64,000 nt of DNA from Calditrichia bacterium (GTDB lineage: Bacteria > Calditrichota > Calditrichia > JAJRVZ01): assembly GCA_963796965.1 (NCBI GenBank), contig CAWCNS010000004.1, positions 160,001 through 224,000 on the forward strand, given 5' to 3'. Of this stretch, positions 11,955-23,308 are shown in pieces. The notes beneath the pieces were generated by a model. That model saw only the letters and a program-made list of their open reading frames with translations, was not told the DNA's origin and searched no databases. How positions within the stretch are numbered: position 1 is the first letter of the stretch; every line of letters starts with the position of its first letter. The translations under genes were made by a program, and so were the position numbers.

Positions 11955-12864
11955 ATGAAAACAAATAAGATAAAAATCATTCTGAGTATTTTCTTAAGTG
12001 TCCTTATATGCAGTCAATTGTTCGCTCAAAATGGAAAAGTATTTAAAGAAACCTTTGATGCTAAAGAGAAAATTAAAATTAAACTTGTTCTGGGAGATTG
12101 TATAATTAAAAAAAGTGACAACTCTAAAATACTCGTCACGGTTAACTATACATATGATGATGACAATTATGAAGTGAGGGTGAAGGAAAAAGAAAAATCA
12201 CTTACTCTCCAGGAAAAATTTTATGGAGAGAATGCGCAGGGAGATTCTGAATGGACGATCTATCTTCCAGAACATGTTGAAATTGATTTTAGCACAGCAA
12301 CAGGTAATCTTACTGTGGAAAACGTGTCGGTGGAAATTGAGGCAAGCAGTGGAACCGGCAATCTTAATGTGAGTAAATCCAACGGGGAGTTTGATTTGAA
12401 CTCCGGAACAGGTGATGTTAAAGTTGATAAGTCAGAAGGTGAATTTAGTCTTAATTCCGGAACTGGTGATGTCCAGATTGCTGATTCTAAGGGAGAATTC
12501 GATATAAATAGTGGCACTGGTGATGTTAAAGGATTTCGGTTAGTTCTTGAAGAGGATGGCGATTTTAATTCAGGAACAGGTGATGCAGAAATGACTGATC
12601 CTATGGGAGATAATTTCGATTTATCAATAAATTCGGGTACAGGAGATGCTACCTTAATTCTCGACGACACGACCATTGGAAGGCTATTTTGAGTTTAGAA
12701 CAACTTCTGCCAGAGGGGATATCAAATGCCCGGTAGATTTTGATGAAGAAAGTGACTCCTCGGATGATCGAAATGATTATAAGCGAAAATCATTTACCCG
12801 GGGAAAAAAAACACCCAGATATTTTATCAGTACAGGTAGCGGAACGGCGGAATTAAAGTACTAG
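11955..12864 (+). CDS. Second DUF4097-family protein; frameshift near 12675
   Basis: Signal peptide and NSGTGD repeats. The C-terminus EGYFEF..KSFTRGKKTPR in ORF 12676..12864 matches the paralogue's KGYFEF..KTFSKGGKTPR. Confidence 0.82.
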
Positions 12865-12899
12865 TAATGGGATCTGGATAAATGAAATGCCTTTGAGTG

Positions 12900-13125
12900 A
12901 ATGTCAAATGTCCAAATTTTAATGTCAATTGAAGCCCAAACTTCCAAGGTCAAATATAGTATTCGTATATTTATATGACATCATTTGTATTCCGTTGATC
13001 TTTTCCCCAAAGGGATCCCCTCGGGACAATATTGTCAAAAGATTTTTTGATGAGTTTCATCTGATATAATTTTTAATGAGTCATTAGAGTTTCATTTGAC
13101 ATTTGGATTTGGGCTTTGGGCACTT
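12900..13125. repeat. Inverted-repeat element with ~7-bp-periodic arms (AATGTCA/TGACATT) and an internal mini-palindrome
   Basis: aatgtcaaatgtccaaattttaatgtcaattgaagcccaaa ... tcatttgacatttggatttgggctttgggcactt; inner tccccaaagggatcccctcggga at 13004-13026. Confidence 0.7.
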
Positions 13126-13238
13126 GTAAATGGTGATATTTTTCTACTTAAATGAGCCACATCCCTAATCTATCACCTGGTAGTATTCTCCCACCTATTT
13201 ATTCTTCACATTTTCTGCAATTTTAGTCAAAAATTCTC

Positions 13239-13290
13239 TTGATTTTTAATTTTTATTGCGTAAAATCATGAATTGCGAACAAACGTTTGT
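13239..13290 (+). promoter_or_regulatory. Sigma70-type promoter with LacI-family operator
   Basis: TTGATT (13239)-16 bp-TAAAAT (13261), then perfect palindrome ACAAACGTTTGT at 13279-13290. Confidence 0.72.
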
Positions 13291-13328
13291 CCCGCTCATA
13301 TCTAATTACCCCAAATTAAGGATTCTCA

Positions 13329-16147
13329 ATGAAGCAAAAAGATAGTAAACCTTTAAAATTTCATTTTATACCCAATACTCACTGGGACCGGGAATGGCTA
13401 TATGATTTTCAGGAAACACGGATGTTTCTTGTGGAATTCATGGACAAACTTTTGGATATTTTTGATAAATATCCAGATTATAAAACCTATCTTTTGGATG
13501 CCCAAACGGTACCTATTGAAGATTATCTGGAGATCCGACCTGAAAGAACCGATGAACTGATAAGCCGCGTAAAAGAAAATAGATTGTTTATTGGTCCCTG
13601 GTATACGCTTCCGGAAGAGCATCTGGTAAATGGTGAGTCATTGGTACGTAATCTTCTTGTGGGGCATCGGCTGGCCGAAAAATATGGTGGCGTCATGAAA
13701 GTGGGATACAGTCCATTCTCTTATGGTCAGGCCTCACAAATGCCTCAGATTTACCTTGGATTTGGTATTGATACCATTCTTTTTTACCATGGAATAACGC
13801 CACAGGAAACAGCGGCCGAATTCGTTTTTGAAGGAGCAGATGGTTCCCGTCTTTTGGCTTCACGAATGGGATCCAATGCCCGTTACAATTTCTTTTTTGC
13901 TGTTTACAGGCCGACTGTTTTTGGTAAAAAGACTTTGGAGCGAAATTATTACTGGGATGAAAAAGGATTACCCTTCCATCTGGCAGATGAACATCATTAC
14001 CAGGATCATCACATCCTGGTTGATCCGGTAAAAAATATAGACAAGTCTAATCTGGCCCATTCACTAAAGGAAATGAAGAGGGATGAATTAGAACATAGTA
14101 CAACGGAGCATATTGCCTGTATGCAGGGTATGGATAGTACACAACCTGATATTTATGAAATGAAAACGATGCAGGAAGCAGGTGAGATAATGGAAAAAGA
14201 TGAAATTTTCCATAGCAGCCTGCCTGAATATATAGAAGCTATTAAGAAGTCTGTTGACTGGGACAATTTGGTGGTTCTTAAGGGTGAGAGAAGAACGCCG
14301 CGTAAATTAGGAACACGATTTCATTTATATAGCGATGTAACCTCAGCCCGGATTCAGATGAAACGAAAAAATACGTTGGCCGAACAATTGCTCCAAAGGC
14401 AGGCGGAGCCGTTTGCAACTGTAGCGTATTTGCTGGGTGCGGAGTATCCGAAAGCCTATCTTGATAAGGCATGGAAATATCTGCTTAAAGGACATCCTCA
14501 CGATAGTATTGCCGGAACAGGTGTTGATCAAATCGAAAAAGATATGCATCATCGGCTCGATCAATGTCGTAATATTTCAACCGGAATATTACGTCGTGCT
14601 TTGCAAGGGATCCAGAAAAGAATCAACAATTCTGACTTAAACACGAATGAGGTTGCTCTAACCATTTTTAATCCTCACTTGAACCGTATGACGGATGTGG
14701 TCACCGCGGTGATTGATTTGCCGGTAGGGATGGAATTTAAAAACTATGCCATATTTGATGCTGATAATGATGAGGAAATCGAATTCCAGGAATCTAAGCG
14801 CTATGAACATCCTGCGATTGTTCGACATTTGGGAGACGCAACGATGGAAATGAATGCTTTGCGTGTCCATGTTCATCTTAGCGTAAAAGACCTTCCTGCT
14901 TTGGGCTATAAAACATATGTTGTGAAACCGAAAGAAGATTTTAAGTGGTCAGATGGTTCTTTGGTTAGTTCGGAGCGGATTCTGGAAAATGAATTTTTAA
15001 AAGTGACGATTAATAATAACGGCACATTAGATGTTTATGACAAGGCAACAGAACAATTATATCAGGGATTGCATTATTTTCAGGATAATGGTGAAGCAGG
15101 CCACGCCTGGCGTCATGTACCCCCGGCCAGGGATAGGGTAATTACAACCCTGAGTTCTAACCCGGATATTGAATTAGTGGAATCCGGGCCATTATCTTCC
15201 AGCTATTTAATAACCCATACCGGATGCAGATTCCCCTGAATTTAGATGAAGGTAAGGGTGATTATATCAGACGATTAGATGCCGATGGTGATGATGCCGG
15301 ACGTTCTGTTCAGACAAGGGAGTTAGTAATTCAGTCTGAAATTAAACTGACACGGGATTCAATGGGTGTTGCTGTTAGGACGATTTTCAATAATCCCTGC
15401 AATGATCATCGGCTACGGGTTATGTTTCCAACAAACATTGCTGCAGACACTTCATCGGCAGAAGAGCCATTTGATGTGATTGAAAGACCCATCGAACGGG
15501 GACCAGAGAGCCCATGGCGTAATACATGGAATCCAACACATCCCCACCAACGTTTTATAGATGTGAGTGATAAAAAAGTAGGAATGGCGATAATAAATGA
15601 TGGTTTGCGTGAATATGAAGTAACGGATGATAACTCACGGACAATTGGTCTTACACTTCTCCGGGCATTTGAAGTGGCTCTGACTACCGTAGCCTGGCGT
15701 TGGGAACGTCATCCTGAGATGAAAGGCTCCCAATCATTGGGTGAGCATGAATGTAATTATATGATCTTTCCACATGCCGGTAATTGGGAGAATGGGCAGG
15801 TAATGACCCGGGCGGATCGTTTTAATGTTGGATTGCTTCCAGTTCAGGCCGGACCATATGGGGGGGATTTACCAAAATCAAAATCTTTTATAGATTTGCA
15901 ACCTTCAAATCTTATGATTTCAGCAGTAAAGTGTGCAGAAAAGAGCAAAAATGTCATTATCAGAGTCTATAATCCCACTTCTAAACTCATTAAGGGAACA
16001 TTGATGCTTTATAAGCGTCCAATAGCGGCGAGACTGTTAAATTTAAACGAAGAAAAGATAGATAATAATGACTTAAAGATAGATGGTAACAGTATAGAGA
16101 TTGAAGCCGGTGCAAAAAAAATACTGACGATTGAACTGGAATTTTAA
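13329..16147 (+). CDS. GH38 (alpha-mannosidase/MngB-like) family protein with non-canonical nucleophile motif; frameshift near 15222
   Basis: HWDREW, LDAQ, IGPWY, GESLVRNLL, HPHDSIAG, DHRLRVMFPT, NDGLREYE. The nucleophile position reads SPFSYG instead of LPDSFG. Confidence 0.85.
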
Positions 16148-16180
16148 TTTATTTTATTGTTATGTGAAGCATTCTTTATC

Positions 16181-16313
16181 CTCTCGCCAAGACGCAAAGA
16201 CGCCGTGTGCTAAGATAAAAGAGTAAAGAGGATAAATTTAAGAATCGAAAAATTTTCTTTTGTTTTTGTTCTCTATCCTTATATTTCTTTGCGACTCTGC
16301 GTCTTTGCGAGAG
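16181..16313. repeat. Inverted-repeat element, CGCAAAG family
   Basis: ctctcgccaagacgcaaagacgcc ... ctttgcgactctgcgtctttgcgagag. Confidence 0.82.
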
Positions 16314-16365
16314 AAAAATCTAATTGTATAAATTACAGATATAAATAATTTATTAAGGAGCAAAA

Positions 16366-19170
16366 GTGAGCAAGGAAGTAACAAAAAAATCAGAAAACGG
16401 GAAAACCGTACATATCATTTCTAATACACACTGGGACCGAGCCTGGGTATACCCCTTTCAGGAAACGCGTTTATTATTACTGGAATTTATGGACGATCTC
16501 CTGGATTTGCTTGAAAACGATCCAAAGTTTCACTCATTTCTTCTGGATTCTCAAACTATTGCCATAGAAGATTATCTTGATATCCGTCCTGAAAAAGAGG
16601 AGCAAATAAAGAAATTTGTAAAAAATGGAAAATTAATCGTAGGACCCTGGTATAATCTTCCCGAAGAATACATTGTCAATGGCGAGTCACTTGTTCGTAA
16701 TCTCGTTGTGGGACACCGACAGGCTGAAGAGTTAGGAAAAGTAAGCAAAATTGGTTATACACCATTTTCTTATGGCCAAACTTCACAGATGCCTCAAATA
16801 TATATGGGATTTGATATCGATACGATCATTTTTTATCGTGGCATTAACACAAAAAAATCAGAATTTATTTTAGAAGGACCTGATGGTTCTCGTTTACTAG
16901 GTTGCCGATTCGGCGCTCTATCCAGATTTAGTTATTATTTTTATGTTTATCGGATGGCCCGTTTTGGAATGAGCCGGGATGAATGGTGGTATGATTGGGA
17001 TAGGGGAACATTGCCGTTTCGGCTGAATAACGAAAATCATCCCCACGATCATTACTATCCTCTTGACGTAACGCAGGAAAAATTTGATAAATCGGTTATA
17101 CCTAAACAATTAAAAAAATTAATTGATGAAGAGAGTGAACATTTCTCAACCAGCCAGATTGCCTGTATGCAGGGTTTTGACTGTTCTTCACCGGATCCTT
17201 ATGAGAGTGGTTTGGTTGAAGATTGTCAACCAATTGCCAATGAGTTGGGGCATGAAATTAAATTGAATTCCTTGGAAAATTTTATGAATGCCATGCGCAA
17301 GGAAGTAAAAGATCCTGAAGTTATCACGGGAGAAAGCCGTAATCCGGGCGCCACAGGAAAATGGACAAATTTAATGGGCGATGTTCTTTCAAGTCGCACT
17401 AAAATCAAAAGACGCAATGCCCAATCTGAAACCTCATTGCAACGCCTGGCAGAACCCTTCTCTGCCCTTGGTTGGGTGGTGGGTGGTGAATATATGAAGT
17501 CAACCCTGGATTTGTCCTGGAAATACTTGCTTCAGAACCATCCCCATGACAATATCTGTGGGGCAGGGATTGATCAAATGGAAAAGGATATGATGTACCG
17601 TTTTGATCAGTCGGAGATTATTTCCAAAGGTGTCACCCGCCGGGCTCTTTCTGCAGTTCAGAAGAGGATTAACAATACAGATATTGATATCAATGAATCG
17701 GTGATCACAGTTTTTAATCCTAGCCCCTTTGTTAGAAGTGAGGTGATTAGTTTGTCTGTGGACCTGCCTGATAAATCATCCTATGAAGGTATGTCTATCC
17801 GTGATGAAAACGACAAGGCAATTCCCTATACCGAGACCAAACGTGAGCCCTTTGGAACGTTGGTACGAAACCTTCAGGATATCTCCTTACAGTTACGATC
17901 ACAAAGGGTGGATATACATGCTGAATTTGATGATATTCCTGCATATGGTTATAAAACTTATCATTTAAAACGTGAATCATCTGATGTAGAGAAAAGACCT
18001 GTAACCACAGATCAGGCGCTTCCTTCACCGGAAATGGAAAATGAGCATTTAAAGGTGTTGATAAAGTCAGATGGAAGTCTGGATGTGTTAGATAAAAAGA
18101 CAGGGCATTGGTTTGAAAATCAGCATTATTTTGAAGAAACCGGCGAGAGTGGAAACCCCTGGATACATATGTTCCCTGAGAAAAACCAGACATTTAACAC
18201 CATTGATACAGAGGCTGAAATCATCCATTTAGAAAGCAGTGAATTTTTAACCCGGTATTCTATCGGACATAAAATGGAAATTCCCGATGGATTAGAAGGG
18301 AAAGAAGGAAACTATCGCCGTAGTGAGAAAAAAGTTCAGATGGTTATTAAATCGGTTATTACCTTGCGAAAAGGACAGGCCTGGCTTGATATTCATACCA
18401 GCATTGATAACCAGGTAGAGCAGCACCGTGTAAGGGCCTGTTTCCCGACCGGATTAAATGTAAAGAATTCTGCTGCAGAAGCAGCGTTTGATGTCATTGA
18501 ACGTCCTATTATTCGCACAACAGATAGTCTCTATTATGGCAAAGAAAATCCGCAATACCCCATGCATCGTTTTGTAGACATGAGTGATGGGGAAACCGGA
18601 CTTGCCCTGTTTAATGATGGAATCAGAGAATATGAAGCGATTGATGATGATGATCGAACCTTGGCGATAACTCTTTTCCGCGGATTTACCGCCACCCAGT
18701 CACCGGTTATCGATCAATGGGATGTCTATCCCTGGATGAAATTATCTCAATCTCTGGGTCTGAATGAATGGCGGTATGCCATCATGCCTCATGCTGGCGA
18801 TTGGAAAAAAGGACAGGTATATCGTGAAGCAGATAAATTTCAATTGCCCCTGGAGACAGCACAGGCAGGTAAGGGAGGTAAGGATCTTCCCAAGGGTCTG
18901 AGTTTTCTTGAAATTGAATCTGAAGATATCGTTCTTAGCGCCTTCAAAAAACATGAAAAGAGAGAATCTTTTGTGTTGCGTCTATTTAATCCCACAGACG
19001 ATAAGATTCAAACAAAGGTGAAAATTTATTCCCCAATAAAGAAAGCCTGGTTAACCAATATGAATGAAGAACAACGGGAAGAAATTACACCGCTTGATCA
19101 AAATTCTATTGATCTTGTATTTGAACATAAAAAAATCCTCACAGTTGAGGTTGAAGTGGAAAAGATTTAA
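16366..19170 (+). CDS. Second GH38-family protein with non-canonical nucleophile motif
   Basis: AGGAG RBS with GTG start; HWDRAW, VGPWY, TPFSYGQ, MQGFD, HPHDNICG. Paralogue of the upstream gene. Confidence 0.9.
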   Translation: MSKEVTKKSENGKTVHIISNTHWDRAWVYPFQETRLLLLEFMDDLLDLLENDPKFHSFLLDSQTIAIEDYLDIRPEKEEQIKKFVKNGKLIVGPWYNLPEEYIVNGESLVRNLVVGHRQAEELGKVSKIGYTPFSYGQTSQMPQIYMGFDIDTIIFYRGINTKKSEFILEGPDGSRLLGCRFGALSRFSYYFYVYRMARFGMSRDEWWYDWDRGTLPFRLNNENHPHDHYYPLDVTQEKFDKSVIPKQLKKLIDEESEHFSTSQIACMQGFDCSSPDPYESGLVEDCQPIANELGHEIKLNSLENFMNAMRKEVKDPEVITGESRNPGATGKWTNLMGDVLSSRTKIKRRNAQSETSLQRLAEPFSALGWVVGGEYMKSTLDLSWKYLLQNHPHDNICGAGIDQMEKDMMYRFDQSEIISKGVTRRALSAVQKRINNTDIDINESVITVFNPSPFVRSEVISLSVDLPDKSSYEGMSIRDENDKAIPYTETKREPFGTLVRNLQDISLQLRSQRVDIHAEFDDIPAYGYKTYHLKRESSDVEKRPVTTDQALPSPEMENEHLKVLIKSDGSLDVLDKKTGHWFENQHYFEETGESGNPWIHMFPEKNQTFNTIDTEAEIIHLESSEFLTRYSIGHKMEIPDGLEGKEGNYRRSEKKVQMVIKSVITLRKGQAWLDIHTSIDNQVEQHRVRACFPTGLNVKNSAAEAAFDVIERPIIRTTDSLYYGKENPQYPMHRFVDMSDGETGLALFNDGIREYEAIDDDDRTLAITLFRGFTATQSPVIDQWDVYPWMKLSQSLGLNEWRYAIMPHAGDWKKGQVYREADKFQLPLETAQAGKGGKDLPKGLSFLEIESEDIVLSAFKKHEKRESFVLRLFNPTDDKIQTKVKIYSPIKKAWLTNMNEEQREEITPLDQNSIDLVFEHKKILTVEVEVEKI

Positions 19171-19239
19171 GTTAAATTAATAATTACCAAATTTGTGTAA
19201 TTATCTGTATTTGAAGCTGAAGAGAAAGAGAAATTACCG

Positions 19240-19806
19240 ATGAACGAGATGATATTAAAAGAATTTGAGGGACACGCTCAAACATTTGAGAAAGTAAGAA
19301 ATATTCTCCCATCAGTTCTTGCTGATGCATGTGAATTAGCCGTGGCAACCATTAATTCCGGAAATAAGATATTATTTTGTGGAAATGGGGGTAGTGCAGC
19401 TGATTCTCAGCATATTGCAGCCGAGTTAACCGGGAGATACAAAAAAGAGCGGAATCCTTTGCCGGGTATTGCGCTGACGACCGATACGTCTGCATTAACC
19501 GCGATCGCAAATGATTATGCCTATGAGGATGTTTTTTCAAGACAGGTTACTGCTTTGGCGCAGAAGGGCGATTTGATTATCGGAATATCTACCACCGGCA
19601 ATAGTGATAATGTAATAAAAGCATTTGATGCTGGTAATATAAAAGGATGCAAAACAATCGGACTAAGTGGAAAAGGTGGTGGTAAATTTAATGGTAAATG
19701 TGATCTCAACGTGATCATTCCATCTGATGATACGGCCCGTATCCAGGAGATGCATATCCTGGTTGGTCACACCATTTGCCAGGCGATTGATAATTTTTGT
19801 GGGTAA
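19240..19806 (+). CDS. gmhA: D-sedoheptulose-7-phosphate isomerase
   Basis: SIS domain with [40 protein letters not shown]. Confidence 0.92.
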   Translation: MNEMILKEFEGHAQTFEKVRNILPSVLADACELAVATINSGNKILFCGNGGSAADSQHIAAELTGRYKKERNPLPGIALTTDTSALTAIANDYAYEDVFSRQVTALAQKGDLIIGISTTGNSDNVIKAFDAGNIKGCKTIGLSGKGGGKFNGKCDLNVIIPSDDTARIQEMHILVGHTICQAIDNFCG

Positions 19807-19824
19807 TAATTATAGAAAAAAATA

Positions 19825-20075
19825 AACACAAAGAACATAAGGGGCATAAAGATTCACAAAGTACCACCCCTGGCCCCCTCCTTACTAAGGAGGGGGAAAG
19901 GGGGAGGTTATTATCTTTTTCTCTATGTGCTTTAAGTAAATTTTGTTTTCTCGCAAAGACGCAGAAACTCAAAGATAATTACTTAATAAGTAAAATAAAT
20001 TAATCTATGATCGTATTTAGAAATCTTCTCTTTCAAAATTATAATGTAACTTTGCGACTTAGCGGCTTTGCGAGA
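19825..20075. repeat. Composite repeat region: CACAAAG-type arms around a perfect palindrome, followed by a CGCAAAG-family element
   Basis: CCCCCTCCTTA-C-TAAGGAGGGGG at 19874-19896; tctcgcaaagacgcagaaactcaaag (19949) ... ctttgcgacttagcggctttgcgaga (20075). Confidence 0.8.
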
Positions 20076-20137
20076 GAAACTATACTATAATATTTGATCA
20101 TCCTCTACATTATTGTGAAAAACATGAGGGAAAAGTA

Positions 20138-21245
20138 ATGCCTTATAAACAGTTTGACCGATCAAAATTAAATGTAAAACCATTATCTCAACGTGAAAAT
20201 AAAGTTCAGATCGAACGTGATTATGTACGGTTTGATCAGAAATCTACCGATAAGAGTGAAAATTTTAATACGGTCGTAGGAAATACAGCGGATCGGATCA
20301 AGAAATCACGAGCGAAAAATGCCCCTGTGATGTTAACCTTCGGAGCACATTCAATAAAGAACGGACTTGGCCCCCTGATGATCGAGATGATGGAAAAAGG
20401 ATGGTTAACCCATCTTGCTACAAATGGTGCCGGTATTATTCATGACTGGGAATTCGCATTCCAGGGTAAGAGTAGTGAAGATGTGAAAAGGTATGTTGAT
20501 CAGGGCCAATTTGGTATTTGGGATGAGACTGGTCGAAATATAAATCTGGCACTTATTGTCGGCGCTTTTGAGGGCAGAGGCTATGGTGAATCTGTTGGCA
20601 GTATGATAGAAAATGAAGGGCTTGAAATTCCCTCACAAAAGGAACTTTCTGAATTTGTCTTTGGTTTTCAGGAGAATGATCTGGACAAAGCAGCAGCAGC
20701 ACTAGATCTCCTTAGAGGTGATCAAACGGTTTGACTTAAAGCCCGGTTGGTTGAAAATACCTTTTCCTTCGAAAAAATATTGCGTACAGGCTGCTGCGTT
20801 CCGGTTGGGAATTCCATTTACCGGCCATCCAATGATCGGACATGATATTATTTATACACATCCTATGAATCAGGGCGCGGCTGTGGGCCGTACAGCTTTG
20901 CGTGATTTTTTATCTTTTGCACATTCGGTTCAGGATCTTAATGAGGGTGTTTATATGTCAATCGGATCTGCGGTGATGTCTCCAATGATTTTTGAAAAAT
21001 CGCTGTCAATGTCTCAGAATCTGCATATCCAGAATAATGACCATATGGACAACCATTATATGCTGATTGTAGATTTAGCAAAAAGTAGTTGGGATTGGCA
21101 AAAAAATGGTGAGCCACCTCAAACAGACCCTGGATATTATCTTCGTTATTTAAAAAGTTTTAGCCGGATGGGTGGTGTGATGCAATATTTATCAGCCGAT
21201 AACCGCGATTTTTTATTGGCACTTTATCAAAAGTTGAATGGTTAA
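20138..21245 (+). CDS. Conserved hypothetical protein, probable deoxyhypusine-synthase-like NAD-binding fold; frameshift near 20716
   Basis: FGAHSIKNG, LATNGAGIIHDWE, GHDIIYTHP, GSAVMSPMIFEKSLS resemble a DHS-like family I recall from heptose gene neighbourhoods. The two ORFs join through one extra base. Confidence 0.65.
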
Positions 21246-21263
21246 ATTGACAATTTTCCTGAA

Positions 21264-21365
21264 ATGCTGAAACCCTGAAACAAGTTCAGGCCAGGCAGGT
21301 TCAGCATGAATCATCATGTCATTCCGAACCCTGACCTGTCGCCAGGACAGGCTTGTTTCGGAATC
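21264..21365. repeat. Two palindromic repeat units (GTCATxCxGAA / CTGAAACAAGTTCAG type), each interrupted by a 23-bp insert
   Basis: atgctgaaac[cctgaaacaagttcaggccaggc]aggttcagcatga and gtcattccgaac[cctgacctgtcgccaggacaggc]ttgtttcggaatc. Confidence 0.8.
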
Positions 21366-21483
21366 CCAAAAATGCACTAAAGTATTAAAATATCCTGTTC
21401 ATCCTGTTATCTTGTCCAATATGAAAATTTACATAGACTATTTAATACATATTAAAAATAGAAAAGACGAAGGAGGATAACGT

Positions 21484-22989
21484 ATGCTCCATGGAATTGA
21501 TTATTTTGTAGTGATTGCCTACCTGATTGGCATACTATTTTTGGGTTACTACTTTAAAACTTTTGTAAGTAGTTCAGAGGATTATTTTTTAGGGGGCAAA
21601 AGCTTACCCTTTTGGGCAATTGGTATGTCAATTGTCGTATCCGATATTGGGGCTCTTGATTTTGTCGGTGTATCGGGTCAGGCCTATCGTTATGGTATTT
21701 CCCCGGGTAATTTTGATTGGATTGGGTCAGTCCCGGCTATGCTCCTGGGGGCATTTATCTTTATCCCTTATTTTTGGAAAGCAGGGGTTTATACGATACC
21801 GGAGTATCTTGGAAAACGGTATAATGATTCTGTGCGAACAATAGCCTCATTAACCTGGATTATCTTTTTTGCTTTTGATTTGGGCGTTTTATTCTGGGCA
21901 AGTGCTGTTTTTCTGGAGGCATTGATGGGCTGGCCGATCTGGGTGTCAATTTTTATTACTGCCGGTGTTGTTGGTCTCTATACTTATTTCGGTGGTATTG
22001 CAGCGGTTGTGATGACAGATGTTGTCCAGATGGTGATCATGTTTGTAGGTGGCTTTACGTTGGTTTTCCTCGGTTTTTATCATGTTGGTGGATGGGAAGG
22101 ACTTGTTGATAAAATTTCAGCAATGGGGCCTACCTATCAGAATCATTTTGATCTAATCCAGCCAACTAATACAGAATCCCCATTTCCGTGGACTGGCATA
22201 TTATTTGGTCTAACGTTTGTAATGGCAAATGCCTATATGATTGGTAACCAGGCTGTTGTACAGCGTTGCCTGACTGCGAAAAATGAATGGCATGCAAAAG
22301 CGAGCATGATATTTGCCGCCTTCCTGAAAATGTTAATTCCAGTACTGGTGCTTTTCCCGGGTCTTGTGGCAATTGTGCTTCTTCCTGGATTAGAAGATGG
22401 TGATCAGGCATTACCCCTGATGATTAAAAAACTTTTACCGCCAGGGCTGATCGGTCTCATGTTTTCAGCCTTTTTTGCAGGGTTGATGTCCAGCATCGAT
22501 TCTATGTTAAACTCTACGGCAACACTGTGGACAAAGGATATCTATGAGAAATTTATCAAGAAGGGTGCACCAGATAGACACTATCTGCTCGTCGGAAAGG
22601 TAACGACTGTTGCTATTTTGTTTTTTGGAATTGTTACGGCTCCGGTAAGTGATTCCTTTCCGGGTATCTATGTAGCAATTCAAACTTTTCTGTCATTCTT
22701 CCAGGGCCCCGTATTTTCAATATTGCTTCTGGGTATGTTCTGGAAAAGGACTACACAACAAGGTGGTCTGGCTGGTTTAATCGCTGGCATGATCTCTGCG
22801 CTTTTAATGCACCTATTTAAAGATAGTCTATTTACTATAGAAGAGCCATTCCTCTACGTATCCTGGTGGTCGTTTGTCGTCGGATTTGTGGTTACGGTTG
22901 TGGTCACTCTTTTTACAAAGCCATATGAGGATAGTAAGTTACTTGGATTAGTCTACAGATTAGCAGAAAATACTCAAAAAACTCAATAA
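21484..22989 (+). CDS. Sodium:solute symporter (SSS, SGLT-like)
   Basis: DYFLGGKSLP, TIPEYLGKRY, GGIAAVVMTD, NQAVVQRCL, AGLMSSIDS; about 13 TM segments; AGGAGG RBS. Confidence 0.92.
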   Translation: MLHGIDYFVVIAYLIGILFLGYYFKTFVSSSEDYFLGGKSLPFWAIGMSIVVSDIGALDFVGVSGQAYRYGISPGNFDWIGSVPAMLLGAFIFIPYFWKAGVYTIPEYLGKRYNDSVRTIASLTWIIFFAFDLGVLFWASAVFLEALMGWPIWVSIFITAGVVGLYTYFGGIAAVVMTDVVQMVIMFVGGFTLVFLGFYHVGGWEGLVDKISAMGPTYQNHFDLIQPTNTESPFPWTGILFGLTFVMANAYMIGNQAVVQRCLTAKNEWHAKASMIFAAFLKMLIPVLVLFPGLVAIVLLPGLEDGDQALPLMIKKLLPPGLIGLMFSAFFAGLMSSIDSMLNSTATLWTKDIYEKFIKKGAPDRHYLLVGKVTTVAILFFGIVTAPVSDSFPGIYVAIQTFLSFFQGPVFSILLLGMFWKRTTQQGGLAGLIAGMISALLMHLFKDSLFTIEEPFLYVSWWSFVVGFVVTVVVTLFTKPYEDSKLLGLVYRLAENTQKTQ

Positions 22990-23003
22990 CATGGAGATAA
23001 AAG

Positions 23004-23213
23004 ATGCTTAATTTTGATTGGTTAGCAGGAATTTCCATGCCAGTGGCAAAATCATTTTTTTTAATTTTGTTTGCTATAATTGGCGTATTGGTTCTCTTTG
23101 TACCAAAGGCATATGTATATGAAGGATTAAAGGTGCATCACTGGTATCATAATTTAAAACTCTGGGCAATTGTCCTTCTGTTCTTTATAGGGTATGTTTA
23201 TTATATCTTTTAA
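23004..23213 (+). CDS. Small 2-TM membrane protein
   Basis: GGAG RBS, 14 bp after the SSS gene, two hydrophobic helices. Confidence 0.7.
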   Translation: MLNFDWLAGISMPVAKSFFLILFAIIGVLVLFVPKAYVYEGLKVHHWYHNLKLWAIVLLFFIGYVYYIF

Positions 23214-23308
23214 TCAATAAGTTTACTGTCAAAGAATTCGATTTGTAACTAAAAACAACGTGTGATCTCTCAGTTGATTTTTTTATTTAAATAAATGGGA
23301 AAACAAAA

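Noticed and set aside
19715..20003. ORFs 19715..19972 (-) and 19797..20003 (+)
   Set aside because: They are translations of repeat arms and a palindrome (HKEHKGHK, LCPLCSLC), with no RBS or protein-like character.
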